A DNA stretch of 64,000 nucleotides from the human T2T-CHM13v2.0 reference genome, Homo sapiens: assembly GCF_009914755.1 (NCBI RefSeq), contig NC_060926.1; one strand, 5' to 3'. Under the pieces are notes generated by a model, which was given only the letters and a program-made list of their open reading frames with translations, was not told the origin of the DNA and searched no databases. Positions 46,901 to 62,532 of this stretch are shown here, one piece after another. Positions within the stretch are counted from its first letter, which is position 1. Each line of letters opens with the position of its first letter. The position numbers and the translations under genes were made by a program.

Positions 46901-49900
46901 GACTGGGCTGAACTTAGCCTGTACAGCCCCACGGGGAGCTGAGTGGAGAAGGTGGGCTTGGGTGTTGGGAGCAGAGGGGGCAGCATGGGAATCCAGGGGT
47001 TCTTAAAGGTCTAGGTGCCTGTCACCCATGAGGAGGCCCCAAGGGGTCCCTGAAGAACAGAGGCACCGATCTCCTCCTGCCGGGTAAGGGAGCAGGGCTG
47101 AGGCCAGGAACAGGCCAGTGAGAGCCTGCACAAGCCAGGGAGCCTTCAGTGTGACAGCCAAGGACCAGCAGAGCGCCAGCCTGCTAAGGACCCCGGGCCG
47201 CACTCAGGCCTGGGCGAGGGACTGACCTGGGGACTTCTTGAGGTTTCTCCGACTGTATGGAGCTCACCAGGGAAAACATGGCGGATGCCTGGATTCATTG
47301 CCCAGCTCCGAGCTCAGCACAAAAACTCCCTCTTGGAACAGTCTAGAAAGAGGCTCACCTGAGGCCCAGCACCCAGGGGCCATGATGTCACGTGGGCCAA
47401 GGCATCTGAGGGGCAGGGGCCTTCCCCATCCCACTGCTGCCATGGCCCGTGGCCCACTCTGCCCTGCCCTCCTGACCCAGGAGCCCAGTGCGTCTCTGTG
47501 GGGTGGGAGGAGCGTCAGCAAAGGAGAGGCTGCACAGGGCGCCTTCAGCAGTGACGGGAAACCAAGAGCAGGAAAAGCAACCCTGCTCAGCCCTGGGCGA
47601 CTCAGACAGGAAAGGGCCTGAGCCCGAGGCAACCAGGAGGGGGCAGCCTTATCAGGGAGGCCGTGCCGCAGGCCTGAGTGCTGCTTCTGCCCTCATCCAA
47701 CTGCAGCGGGACAGAGGCAGAGGCAAAGTGGGGGCCTGGAAGCAAGGCTTCTAAGGTGGCAACAGTGTCCCAGCCCAGCCAGGCGGTGGCTGCAGGGGCC
47801 CATGCGTGTGCGCCTGTGCCTGTGACCAGCCTCAGGGCCTAGGGGCAGGGAGCAGACCAGGGGAAAGGCTCTGTCCCTGGGGGGTGGCCGGGCAGGTGGA
47901 GAGCCAGGTTCAGATGGGTGACCCTGGGCTCTGCAGCTGCTGTGATCCTGGCAGAGGGGAGGAGGCGCCCTCGGCAGTCAGGAGCAGGATGATGGTAGTG
48001 ACAAGGCCCTGCTGTGGACTGAGCCTCCCAGCCTAGGAAACCTGGCTCTGGCCTCCCCTGCAGCATGTGATGTTTGGCTCCAGAGGCCTTCTCCTCTGGG
48101 CTTTTCCATGCCTGTGAACTGGGCCCCATTCATTTCCCTGTGGTTTCATGGAAACGTCCAGTGCATTCAGGAGGTTGCAGTGTGCCCAGGAGGAGAGGGG
48201 TCAGCGAGAGGCCCGAGCTGTGACTGGTGGGCCACCCAGAGGCCACGGCACCCTCTGCTGGAGACTGGCAGCAGGGTGCATGGCCAGCTGTGGGTGGGGG
48301 TCCATCAGTCAAGCAGCTGCACTTTCTCCCCATCCCCCTCCCCGACCCAGGCAAGGTGCTCTGCCTGCGGCTCCCTTTCTCCAGGCCTCCACTTTCCAGC
48401 TCCCAGGCACCCAGCCCCACCCGGCCTGGCCTGGAACAGAGCTGCCACCAAGATCTCTTCCACTTTCCCTCCCCAGCAGCCTGCAATTCAGTGCTCCGTA
48501 GACCCCTGCCTCCCGGGGCCCTGCGGTTCCCACCACACTACACTCAATTTCCAGCTGCTAAGAACACAGCAGGTTCTACGTAAAGGTGGCCGTCACCTGC
48601 ACCCCATGGGCTGCCCGGCCATGGAGAACGGGCCATGGTTGGGTACACAGCTTCTGAGACAGGCCCAGCAGCTGCCTTCATGGCCTCGGCAGAGCCCAGG
48701 GCTCTGGAGCTTACAGGGAGCATGTGCTCAAGTGTGGAAAATTTGGTCTGCAGAAGAAATGAGGCTGAAATTGGCTGGGAGCAATTCTTATCAAAGCCAC
48801 GTTAGCAGTTTTCAGCAAGAGCTAATTGAACAAGCTCTGTGAGTGGCCTCATTCCATTAGCAGGAGCCTCCCACAGAGCGTGACAAGGGCCCTGGTGGCT
48901 GAGGGCAGAAGAGGCTGTTTCTGTCCCACATTTGCCTTTGGCCTTTGAAAATGGACACATTTTCAGCTTTGGGCACTGGTCCTGCTCCTCTGCCCCGGCT
49001 CCCGCTCATTTCCAAAGCCACTCTCTGAGTGTCCTGTGTGGGGAAGGGGTGAGGTGAGTTTCTCAGCACTTCAGCAGGTGCGTGGATCTGAAACAGGACA
49101 GCCTTGGAGACACGTCCTCCTTGCCAGGCAGGGTTGAGAGGCCAAGTGCAGAGGAGCCGAGAGTCTGAGGGCCAGGCCCGAGCAGTCTAGGTCAGGAGAT
49201 TGGGCCCTGCCTTAGCAACGTGCCTGGGCCTGAGGAGAGACCCACTGCCGGCCCAGTCTCCCTCGACTCCTCTGGAGCCATGGAGTCCTCAGGGAGGGGA
49301 CAGGAGGCAGCTGGGGTGTGGCCAGGCCAGAGCTGAGCTGATGGAACCTGAACCCCACTTTGTGGGGTGGCCATGCTCTCTGCTTTCTCCTCTCTGCTGT
49401 GCCCAGTAGACTGGAAAAGATAGATCCAGGGGTGCAGTCCTCTGACCTGAGCTCCAGGGTCACCTGTCTGGCCTCCAGCCTGTTTCCTCCATGCTAGGGC
49501 TGTCAGGGCAAGTGTCTGACCTGGGCCCGCAGGGCGCTGGTCAAGGGGCCCAGGGAGGTGGGGTCCAGCCCTCTGTGCCCCTGACTGACTGTCTGATCTG
49601 GGCAAGGTCCTTCATCTCTTGGCCACTGTCACATGGCTTGGGCGACACTCCTCAGTGCCTCCAGGATGCTGTAAGGAAGCGGCATCTGACTGCACCCACC
49701 CTTTCTGCAGGGACCATGGTCAGGACAGAGCTGTGGACACTGAGCAGGGGCTGGCCTCAGGACCCACCCAGACAGGCCTCCTCATCTCCCCCAACACCAC
49801 AGCGGTGCTCCGTCCTGGGAGCTGGCCAGTTGCCCTCCCCAGGACAGGACCTCAGGCTTCCACCCTGAGCTCCTTCCTCCTGCCCTGGGCCCTGCGGGCT

Positions 49901-50356
49901 GTCCCATAAGCTGGCTGCTCTCCTGGGGTCTTTCCCTCTGTGAGCTCCTCTGCAGATACATTCCGGCCTTTGGGATGCTTCAGACAGCAAGCAGGAAGCA
50001 GACAGACACCCCGCATCTCCCCCAGGCCAACTCCGGCCCCATCAGCAGCAACCTGGTGGGGAACTGTCCACACCTGCCAGTCTCCCTCCCTCCGTCCTCT
50101 TGGGTTTCTGAACCAGCCTCTCCAGCCGCACTGCCACTGTGACTTACTCCTTCTGGCCAAATCCAAGGGCCCTGTGCAAGCCCCTGCTCTTCTTGGCAGC
50201 TCTCACACTGGGGACAACCCGCAGGCTCCTCTGAAGTCCCAGAGCTGCTTCTCGGCCACTTCCTACTGCCTCTGCCTGGGAGCTTATCAGCTCCTGCCCC
50301 GCTGTGCCCAGTTGGGAAGAGGGCGCCCTTGTGGCCCCCAGTCTCCAGCCTTGCTC

Positions 50357-52911
<2,555 letters not shown>

Positions 52912-55900
52912 GTTTGAAATCACGCAGCGAGAGTGGCAGGGCTGGCGTTCCAGCATCGTCCTTTAAGATGTGACAGCAACAGGTCCCACTTGAGACAGCA
53001 GGAACGCGGCACCCAGTGCTGCCTCTGCACAGGCCCGATGCTTGCTGGAACCTTAAAGGCAAAGGAGACCCGATCATAAACGCATGAAGAGCGCATGTTT
53101 CATGGGATTGATGTTGATGCTGGTGTTCCATGCGAGCCACTGAGGAGAAGCCCCTCTCTCAATGGCAGGGCCATGAGAGGTGAAGGACGCCCCTCCACCC
53201 CTCCCCCAGACAGGTCTTTCCTGGCCACAGATGCCCCAGATCCCTGAATGTCAAAATCGAGTCCCAATCTCCCAGTTGAGCAGAGAAACATTCAGATCTG
53301 GTTCCTCCGTGATCAGGGAAGGCAGGCTTCCTCTGAAGCGCAGATGGCTTCACCCCTTTCTCATCTCATCACCTCTAAGCCCTGCCAGGGCGAGAGCAGC
53401 CTTTCCCAGCATCGTCCTTTAAGATGCAACAGAAACAGGTCCCACCTGAGCCAGCAGGAATGCGGCACCCAGTGGCTGGCTCTGCAGTCTTGATGCTCGC
53501 CGGCACCTTCAGGGTGAAGGACGCCCTGTCGTAAACGCATGAAGAGCCCTGCGTTTCATATATTGATGTTGTTGCTTTTTCTTTAGAGGAACGTTTGTGC
53601 ACTGTGGGAACCTCTGTCTCTACCAGTGTCACCCTTGCTGTGGGGAGTGTGTACCGTGTGCGGGGGGCTGGTGGCCTTTCTCTGCTGTCTGCCACAGCGT
53701 GTGAGGGGCTCGCTGAGCCTCACACCTGCCCTATCCTTCCCCATCCCCTCCTGCCCCGGGGAGGCACAGACCCAGGGAGGAGGGGTGCTGGGAGTGAGTG
53801 CTGAGGAGCTGGGGTCCTGGCCCTGCAGCCACTGTCACACCACAGCCCCACCCCAGACCTCCAGAGTCGTGGGACTCTGGTGGCACAAGCTCCAGAAGCT
53901 TGGTCGATGCCAGGTCTGGGACCGAGGCCCCCGTCTCCGAGGCCTTGGCTTGCTGTTCTGGAAGGTGATGCTGGCTGGCAGCCATTCCCAGCCCCTCGGA
54001 GAGCAGTTGTCAGGCAGTCCCTGAGCTCCAGCGCCCCATTCCCAGCAGGGCCCAGTGATCTCATGCCTGTGCCCCTGGTGCTGGGAGGAGCGGGTTGGCA
54101 CTAGGGCCGGTGCCCACATCAGAGGAGGAAGGTCTGAAGCCAGGGCAGGGGGCAGGGCACCCTCCCGTCCAGCGGCCCCAGTGCCCACTCCATTCCTTCG
54201 GGGCTCCCGTGGCCCAGAGTGTGGAGCGGCGCGGCCTGACCACCCAGGATAGCTTGGGGCGTTTCGGAGGTTTGGCTGCCTAGGCTGTGCACCTAGCACT
54301 GCTCCCCAGGAGAGGGAGGGAGGAGGTCAGAGTAGAGGGCCCTGCTGACCAGGTCACTGTCACAGCCTCCATCTCTGGCCCTGGGTTCCCATAGGAGCGC
54401 CTAGGCTCTAAGCTGGAGCCTCCCCATCCCAGGACCTTGGGGAGGAAGAGGCTGGGCGCCACCTGCTGGCCCACCAGGGAATTGACAGGGTGGGGGACTG
54501 TGGAGCCTGTGCTGGCCGCAGATGAGAGCCCTGACTCCCACCTTCCCTACCCCACCCACCCTGCACCGTCCAGCTCAGTTCTCTGACCCGTGGTGCCAGG
54601 TCCCATTTGCAATGGCGAATACTGAACTCGGTGCAACTCTGGCTGCTGGCAGCTGGGCTTGGCCTGCACCTTCCTGTCCCCAGACTCCACTGGGGACCTC
54701 CCTTCCAGCCATCCCAGGGCGTCACCACCACAGCCAGGGGCCAGCCCCACCTTCATTCACTCTTGCTCATAGCTCACCTCTTCTCTCCACCCCCATCTGC
54801 TACCTGCAGCATCAGAAGGACATGAGGGCACCAGACAGCCCCTGCAGCTGTCCTCAAACATCATGGCCAAGGCTGTGCCTGGGAAGTGGACTCTCTGCAG
54901 TGCCAGCTCCCTCCTCAGTGCCCTTGACCTTTATCTGGGTCCCTGCTTGATGTGGCCCAACTGGCTGGGCCAGAGCCCCACAGGCGCTGTCCCGACCCCC
55001 AGCCCCCTAGAGGGAGGGAGAGGCTGAGACGGCAAGGGAAGCAGAGACTCAGCCACACCAAGGGCCCTGGCAAGGTGGGCCTCTCCTCCAAAGCCTCACC
55101 AGGCTTCACGTTCAAGGTCACCAAGAGTGCACTTGTTCACTGTTGAGGGCAGGGGTGACTCCTGGGACTGTGCTGGGGTCCAGGGAGAGCAGGTAGTGGA
55201 GTTGCCAGGGAAGCAGCTTGCCTGAGGTCTGTGGTCTTGGCAGGGGCTTCCACAGCGGCCCCACCCTCTCCCTGTCCCCTCCCTCCTGTCCTTGTCCTCG
55301 TGTTTACTGAAGATCATGAGAAGGGATGTGGAGAGCGCCTGCAGGAACTGAGAGCAGGAGCCTGGCTCAGCCCTGAGAGGCCCCCAGATATTCAATTCCT
55401 AAACCCATAGGGTGGGGCATGGGCACAGAGGAGAAACCGGGGCCGCCCGGCACAGCCCTGCTCTTTCACCCTGCCTGCCTGGTGGCCTCCTTAGCCTGCA
55501 GCCTCGGAGCGACCCAGTATGGGGGCATGCTGCCACCTGCTGGCCACACTTCAAAATGCAACCCAGGGTCGGCCTGGAGGCTACAGGTGTCCCTCTTCCC
55601 CCAGGCCTGCAACTGGGCTGGGGAAGGGGCACCAGGGAACAGCCCAGGTGCTCCTGCCCAGGAGGATTGTCCGACTGCGTGGGGAGAAAGTCCAGAACCG
55701 TGCTTGGCACATGGTAATCTTTGTGGAATGAGTGAACAAATGAATGAATGAACTATGCATCTGATGCTTTTCGGTGATGATGACCCAACCAAGATAGATT
55801 ACATGAGCCATTTTCCAGCAGGAACTGGGACTCCTCTTGGGCTGACAAGATGTAAGTATGAAATCTAAATAAGATTCCAATGGCACTAGACAGTGACACA

Positions 55901-56841
55901 CGTGACCCTAGCTATAAATGCCCATGGAAGAGAATTCTGTCTGACATTCAGGGAAGACTTGGAGCGGGGCAAGGGGATGGGATTGATGGCAGAAGTGAGA
56001 CTCACAGGACACATGTGGGAGACCCCTGGCTGGCCATGTTGGGGGAGGAGGGGCAACAGGAAAGCAGCGCCTGGATCTCGAGGGACTTGGCCGGCTCAGT
56101 CCTTCCATCGGGAGCCACATTCATTCACAGCGACTGTTGAGTCTAACAACGCTCAAGTACAGCAAAGCTGGAGCAACAGGCCCTGAAAGGGTGACTCCAG
56201 GGTCTCACCCCACCCTGACTCCTTCCCTCCTGCTGCCTCAGACTCTCCTGTCTACCCTCAGAGACCCTGTCGGGAGGCTTCCCTCCAACAAGGCACCATC
56301 CCCAGGGAGAAGGGAGCCCAGCACTCCTGGCCCTGTGGGGTCCTCAGTCCACTCACCACTGCCACATGCCCCAGGGAGTCCTCGGACTAGGACCTGGGCC
56401 GGGCCCCCCTGGGTTCCTATGGCCTGGGCGAGCATGGTGCCCTCTTACAGCCTGGGCTGCCCGAGTGTTCCAGGCATCCTGTCATTCAGCAGAGATCTTT
56501 CCTTGGTGCCTTCTCTGGATTGGGTGGGCTGCTGAGCTCTGGGGCTGCTGCCGTGAATTATTTAATAGATGGGTGCTTCCCTGCTCTCCAGGGTCCCCCT
56601 CTGGGAGAGCCAGCACAGGAGCTAACCAGTCAGAGGAGAAGGCGGTGTAGACCAACTGGTGCAGGGGAGACCATGGGGGTGCTGGGCAAGACAGGGACTT
56701 GGCGGAACACATGAGATGAGGCAGGGCTGAGCCCCACAGGCAACTCCTCCCCCCAGAGCCGGGCATGAGGTGCTCAGCGGATGACCACCAGCTCCCCGAG
56801 CTGGACCACATGTCACACAGGTTTCTGGGATTTGCTTCTAG

Positions 56842-59800
56842 AAAAGCCTGACCCAAACATTTGGAGATGACAAGTACTCACTGGCCTGGAAGGAGGTGCT
56901 CACCAACATGTGCTTCCGGCCCATGCAGGTAAGGAGGGCCCAGCCCAGTCCCCATGCAGGTAAGGAGGGCCCAGCCCCAGTCTCCCCCGCTCCCGGGAGC
57001 ACACTGGCCCCAGACCGGTGACCTCTACGTGCAAGCACAGGCCCCCACCGTTCCTGCCTGCTCTGGACATGGCTGGGTGGACGGGGGCTGCTCCACCTCT
57101 GCCAGAGGGTGGGAGAGGAGGCCGACCCCAGGCAGCACCTAGGAGGGGGCACCCTGAGCCTCTTGAGTTTGAGCCGCTGTCTCCTGCTCACACTTACTTA
57201 AGGACAGAGTGCCCTGGAGCTGAGGGGCTACTGAGACCTCCTGTCAGGCTGGGGTCCTGGAGGAGAGACAGGGTCCCATGTGGCTTCCTGTCCCAGGGAA
57301 CACTCCGCAGCCTCCATCCCCACGTGGAGTCCAGAACCAGCTGTCAGCCTCTGGCCAGTGTGGGAAAGAAGCAGACTTGGCCGGGGGCCTAGGCCTGGGC
57401 CTGCAGGGAGGTGGCAGCCTGTGGGGTGGACAGCTGGGCTTGCTCTGGGATGCCTGTCACAGCGTCCCAGGCTGAGCTTCCCCCGTGCAGGGCCCGAGCA
57501 TCCTGGGACCAGGACCCCAGAGGACCCTCGGGTCAGCGGGAGCAGTGGTTGCTGATGGGTCGGCTCTGGGTCCCGGCCCGGCCCAGGGCCAGGGACAGGC
57601 TATATTTTAGGGGCTCGGTCACTCGGCAGATTCAATCTGTTCACAAGAACTGGATGGCTTCAGCTGACCTCAGTGGATTTATTTTCTGACACTTCAAGCT
57701 CTGCTGGGTTTGAAGCCATCAGGGCCTGCTTGGGCCTGGTCACCGTGACCTGCCCCCAGTCACAAGTGTCTGCCCAGCCAAGCACCTGTGGCACCCACAG
57801 CGGAGAGGGGCTGGGCCGTGCCTACTGGGCTCTCTCTGTTCTACACTGCAGCGGCTCTAGGCCTGGCAGAGAAGGCGCAGCAGCCCCTGAGTCCCAGAAC
57901 TGCCTCTGGCTCTGCCCTGCTGGGGCCCCTCCCATGTCCCTGCCTCTGACGCCATCACCTCCAAGGAGGTACAAGCCAAGCTGGAGCTCCAGAGATCGGA
58001 GCCGCTCCGGAGTTAGCCAGAGCCCGAAAAGGCTGCATTCTCCTGGCTCGCCTCCCAGGGAGCTCAGAGGCGCCCTTGCCCGGGAATCCGATGGCAGAGA
58101 GTTACCAGGTCTGCGGTGCTCCTGTTCCTCAGCCCCGGGAACTGGGGTGGGGACAGGACAGAGCAGCAGCAGAGAGCACAGAAAGGTGTGAGGGGGCACA
58201 CAGTCCCCAGTGAGCATCTGCATCAGGACACCAGGGCTGTCCCAGGGCTGTCCCAGGGATGGCTGGGCCTGTGGGAAAGCCATGGTCCCCACCCATCCCA
58301 CCCGACCCTGAGCCACCTCCACCAGCCAAGAGGGGCCAGGGCCCTTCATCAACCTCACCCAGGTCATCTGGGGAACTGGGCCACCACTGAGAACAAAGCC
58401 CAGACATGTCTGGGAGTGGAGGCTGTGCCCACCTCCCCCAGAGACTTGCCCCCAACTTAACCCAGGGCCCAGCAGGGGCTGGAAGGGAAGTGGAGTTAGG
58501 GAGCGGAGCAGGTCACCATCAGCTGCGCCCTGGATTCCAGGGCCCGTGTGCACAGAGTAACGGGAGCCGGCTGTCTGTCTGGCCAAGGGCACAGGAGGGT
58601 GAGTGTGTACAGCAGCCAGGGAGCAAGGGAGCCAGAGAGACACACAGGAGTGACCTTGGACCTCTGCGAGGAACCCGTTCACTCGCTCCCAGGCAGTAGC
58701 ACTGGCCCTGACACCCAGCCCTGAAAGCTCGGAGACTGCAGGACAAACAGCTTCAGGGGCTGTGGCCCCAGCTGGGACGGGCTATGCGCTGGTCCCTAGA
58801 GACTCTCGGTATCTCCCCCTGCCCCAGTCCTGCCTCCTGCCCAGCACAAGGGCCTTTGGAACTCAGCCCTCTGTGTCTCAGCCCCCGGGAGGGTCAGGTG
58901 TCAGAGACGAGAAGGGCCGAGGCTGGCAGGCCGGAAACTGCCTCCCTTGGCTGCTGTGGGGTGGAGTACCAGGGGACACAGAGGTGCTGGGGTGAAGCGT
59001 GGCTTCAGCTGCGTGGGATCAATGCCAGAGGGGATGAGGTCAGCTCCGACCAAAGGTGTGCCTAGGTCCGAGAGGAAGCGCCAGGAGCCTGAGGCCTGTG
59101 TTGCACGGGGCAGGGAATGGCATCCTGGGCTTTCTTGCCTGCCTCCCACTCTAGCCAGATGGAGCAATGGACTTGGCCTCCTTGAACAAAGACCACAGCC
59201 TCCTCAGCTTCTGCTTGTGTCTCCAGCAGACAGCGCCTGCAGCCCCCGGTCATACATGGCCACAGGCTTCCCCCTCCTCCTTCCTGGGCCAGAGTAGCAG
59301 CCTCAGCCCCATGCTGGGGAGGGGTAGACCAGAGACGGTTCCCTCCTGGTGGTGCCCAGCAGTGACTCAGCAGCGACGGCACATGTCTGGGCCATTCTCA
59401 GTGCTGCCACCTTGAGGGCATTTGGGAGGCCCAGGCAGGCCAGATTTGTCTCCTGGAGAGAAGTATGGGCACCCCTGGGCTCTGCCTGCCTCCTGGCCTC
59501 CCCTTGGGTTCCCTTGTACAGAAAGGGGCACTGGTCCTGGCCCTGGTCCTCCCTGGCTTTGCTCAGCAGCCAGCAGCCCGCCAGGTCTGTGCACACCAAG
59601 GCTGCCGATGGCAAAGCTGTGGGTGGCATGGGACCTCTGGGAATAGTCGGAAAGCTCTGGGCTGGCCAGGCTCTGACCCGCCCCACAGATGGCACTTTAC
59701 TTCTGCTCGGGGCTGCTGCAGGACCTGGCACAGTTCGGGCACTATGCGCTCATCATGCCCCTGTACACACACTTCACCCACAGTGGGTGCTCGGTGGCCC

Positions 59801-62532
59801 AAGACCATTCAGCGGTGATGGTGGAGGTCCAAAGGTCGGGCGACCCAAGTGTAGGGGAACCTGACCTGAGAACTCTCTCTATGGGCCGGTGCTGCGGAAG
59901 CTGCAGGGGGTCTACAGCCAGCCCTGGACACAGCCGAGAGGAGGGCGCTGACCTCGGAGGGCTGCTTTCTGCTGCCCTGGGAGCTGGGTGCTGGGGTCCT
60001 AATCTGTCGTCTGGGGTGGAGCACCATGCAGCTCATCCCCCAGCCATCACCATTCCCCACTGCCCGCCCCCCACCCTCATGCCCCATACAACACCGCCCA
60101 CGACCCTGCCCCCTCTTCCCAGGCTATAGGGAGCGACTAGACATGGCGCCCGATACCCTGCAGAAGCAGGCAGACCACTGCAACGACGGCCGCATGGCGT
60201 CCAAGCACATGAAGGAACTCAGCACCGGTCTCTTCTTTGCCATTCTGGTCAAGGTGAGCCCTCCAGCCTGGTGCCCCTCACCTCCCTCTGGCTCCCGACC
60301 CTCCTGGGCACCTGCTCACCAGGAGGCCTCGAGGAGCCCAGGGCAGTGCCAGGAGGTGCCATGGCTGCAGCACTGTCCCTGCAGGAGAGTGGCCCCCTGG
60401 AGTCAGAAGCCATGGTGATGGGCGTCCTGAAGCAAGCCTTCGACGTGCTGGTGCTGCGCTATGGCGTGCAGAAGCGCATCTACTGCAACGTGAGTGCCCT
60501 GGGAGAGCCCGGGGGCGGGCGGGGCAGCCCAAGCCATCCCGCACTGGAGGGGCACAGGCTGTGATGGGTCACACTCCACCCCTCGCTCCCCCAGCCCTAG
60601 CACAAAGCCCACCTGATGGGCCTTGCTGAGACGCCCAGCTCTCCCACCTGGGATGGTGGCTCCAGGCCCAGGGTCAGGCCTGGCCCCCTTCCCCAAGGAC
60701 CCAGGAACCAGAGAGCAGGCCCCTCCATGGCCAGTACAGCTCGGCAAGGTGTGCAGGCTTTGGGGACTGTGTTTATAGGAACGTGAAGGAATGAAAGGCC
60801 AGCGAATGGTCCGTGGCCGCTCTGGAAACTGTGTCCCCGAAGACAAGGAAGAGAGCTGTCCCTGGCTCGGCTCCTGCCCTGAGTGACTGTTGACTCACAG
60901 TTCTCTCTCCAAGGGGACATGGGCCTGTCCTAATGCTGCCTTAGGGGCTTGGCTCCAGCTGGCCCTGGGGTCTGCAGGTCACCACCTGCCCCTGTGCCTG
61001 GCTTTGAATTTCCTAACATCCAGAGTGCCCTGGGAGTACAGTGTCCAGCCCGTTGTGTGCAGTAAACGTGGTGTTCATAACCGGGAGCTGGGCAGAAGAG
61101 GAACGACAGAGTCCCCCTGCGGACCCTGGGGGCTCTGTATCCTGAAGTTCAAGCCTAGCTCACCCTGCTGTGGGCCCAGCCCTGCCTGCACTGACAGATG
61201 GCACCAGCAGGGGGCGCAGCGCTCCGCTGCCACAGTTCTCTGTCCCCACCTCAGTGCAGTCAGCCCTGGACGCCCCACCACTTGCCCCCCATAGCACACA
61301 GAGCCACGGGCTTTCCCAGCCCCCACCCCTGGCCCTTGGTCACTCTCACCTGCTGCCTCAGCCGAAGGTGGCCTGGCAGGGCCTCCCTGAATCTCCCTCC
61401 AGCCAGGCAGGGGTGGGCCAGGGCCAAGGGCCACCTCCAAGCAGTAAAGCCCTCCAGGGTGGAAGGGCAGGTGGCCCCCTCTGTGTCCCATCCCCCTTAG
61501 TCCTGGCAAACCCTCACCTGCCTCCTGCGGTGCCCCCTGCCCTCTTCTGTGTCCCCTGGGCTCCCCCAGCACTGCATCCTGCCGGGTAGGGTTTCAGGAC
61601 CCCCAAGCCCTCCCAGCTCACCCAGACCCTTCCTGAGGGTCCTGCTTCCTGGCACCACCTTCTCTTCCTTGGGGACAACCACAGTGGAGAGAGGCAGGGC
61701 TCTGCCTGTCCTGCTAATGCAGGGGTGCTGGCCTTCTGGGGTCCTTTAGAGAACCTGATGAAAGCTATGAGTTTACAAGCAAGAAATTGTCTGGCACCGT
61801 TTTCACTAACAACATGCCCTGAAGGTGGACCCGGGCCCTCAGGTTGTGTTTTATAAGCCTTGGGAGCGCTCAGGATGCATTTGACTCCCCAGCTCTGCCC
61901 TGATCCAGGGCATTCATCCTGGAGCAGGCCCCCGTTACAGACAGGCGAGCAGAGGCTTCCAGAGGCCAAGGGAGGGTCCTGGGGGTCCTGCTGCAGGGAT
62001 GGAGGCAGAGCTGCGCCTCGTCATCAAGCCCTGCCATCTTTGTCCCCTCACTGCCGGGCTCTGCACAGGTCATCACCATCTTCAGCCTGGTGGAGGTGGT
62101 CCTGTGGGCAGCCATGGCCCTCTAGTATAGTGCTGTCCTGAGGCAGCCGAGCAACCAGGGCCACCTGGTCCCCGAGGAAGAGGAGGAGGAGTAGGTCGAG
62201 TTTGAAAAGGAACCTGAGGTCTGATGTGCTGGCCAAGCTCAGCCAAACCCTCCTGCCCCACCCCGCTAGCTTTAGGAATAGGACCTGATGACACCAAGGG
62301 GGATTTTTAATTTAGGTTTTAACAACTCAAGGGTTTGCTTTTGGTTTTACTTTTGCATTTTATTTAGTGTTTGCAGCTCAGTTTTTAAACAAACTGCAGG
62401 GGAGAGGATGGAGCTGGAAGGAAGGCTGAGACCTGGCCAGCAATGAGACCGGTTCCCCTTCTGCCCGGGCCCCACTGCCTTCTCCAGCCCAGGGAATGGG
62501 GCCTTTTCTGCAAATCAGTGTCAGGGAATAAA
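56842..62532 (+). pseudogene. DIS3L2P1: Unprocessed partial DIS3L2 (RNase II/RNB 3'-5' exoribonuclease) pseudogene, 3' exons
   Basis: Exons 56842..56928 [29 protein letters not shown]; 59689..~59778 [30 protein letters not shown] (truncated); 60123..60253 [22 protein letters not shown]; 60385..60489 [35 protein letters not shown]; 62069..~62194 VITIFSLVEVVL with an in-frame TAG at 62123; AATAAA at 62527. Confidence 0.9.
61204..61217 (+). promoter_or_regulatory. Candidate CTCF binding site
   Basis: CCAGCAGGGGGCGC matches the CTCF core CCASYAGRKGGCRS exactly. Confidence 0.55.

Noticed and set aside
48108-48842. 244-aa ORF
   Set aside because: Pro/Ser/Gln-rich chance ORF with no splice structure or family resemblance.
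57822-58682. 286-aa minus-strand ORF
   Set aside because: Lies in DIS3L2-derived GC-rich intron sequence, with no homology or coding signature.
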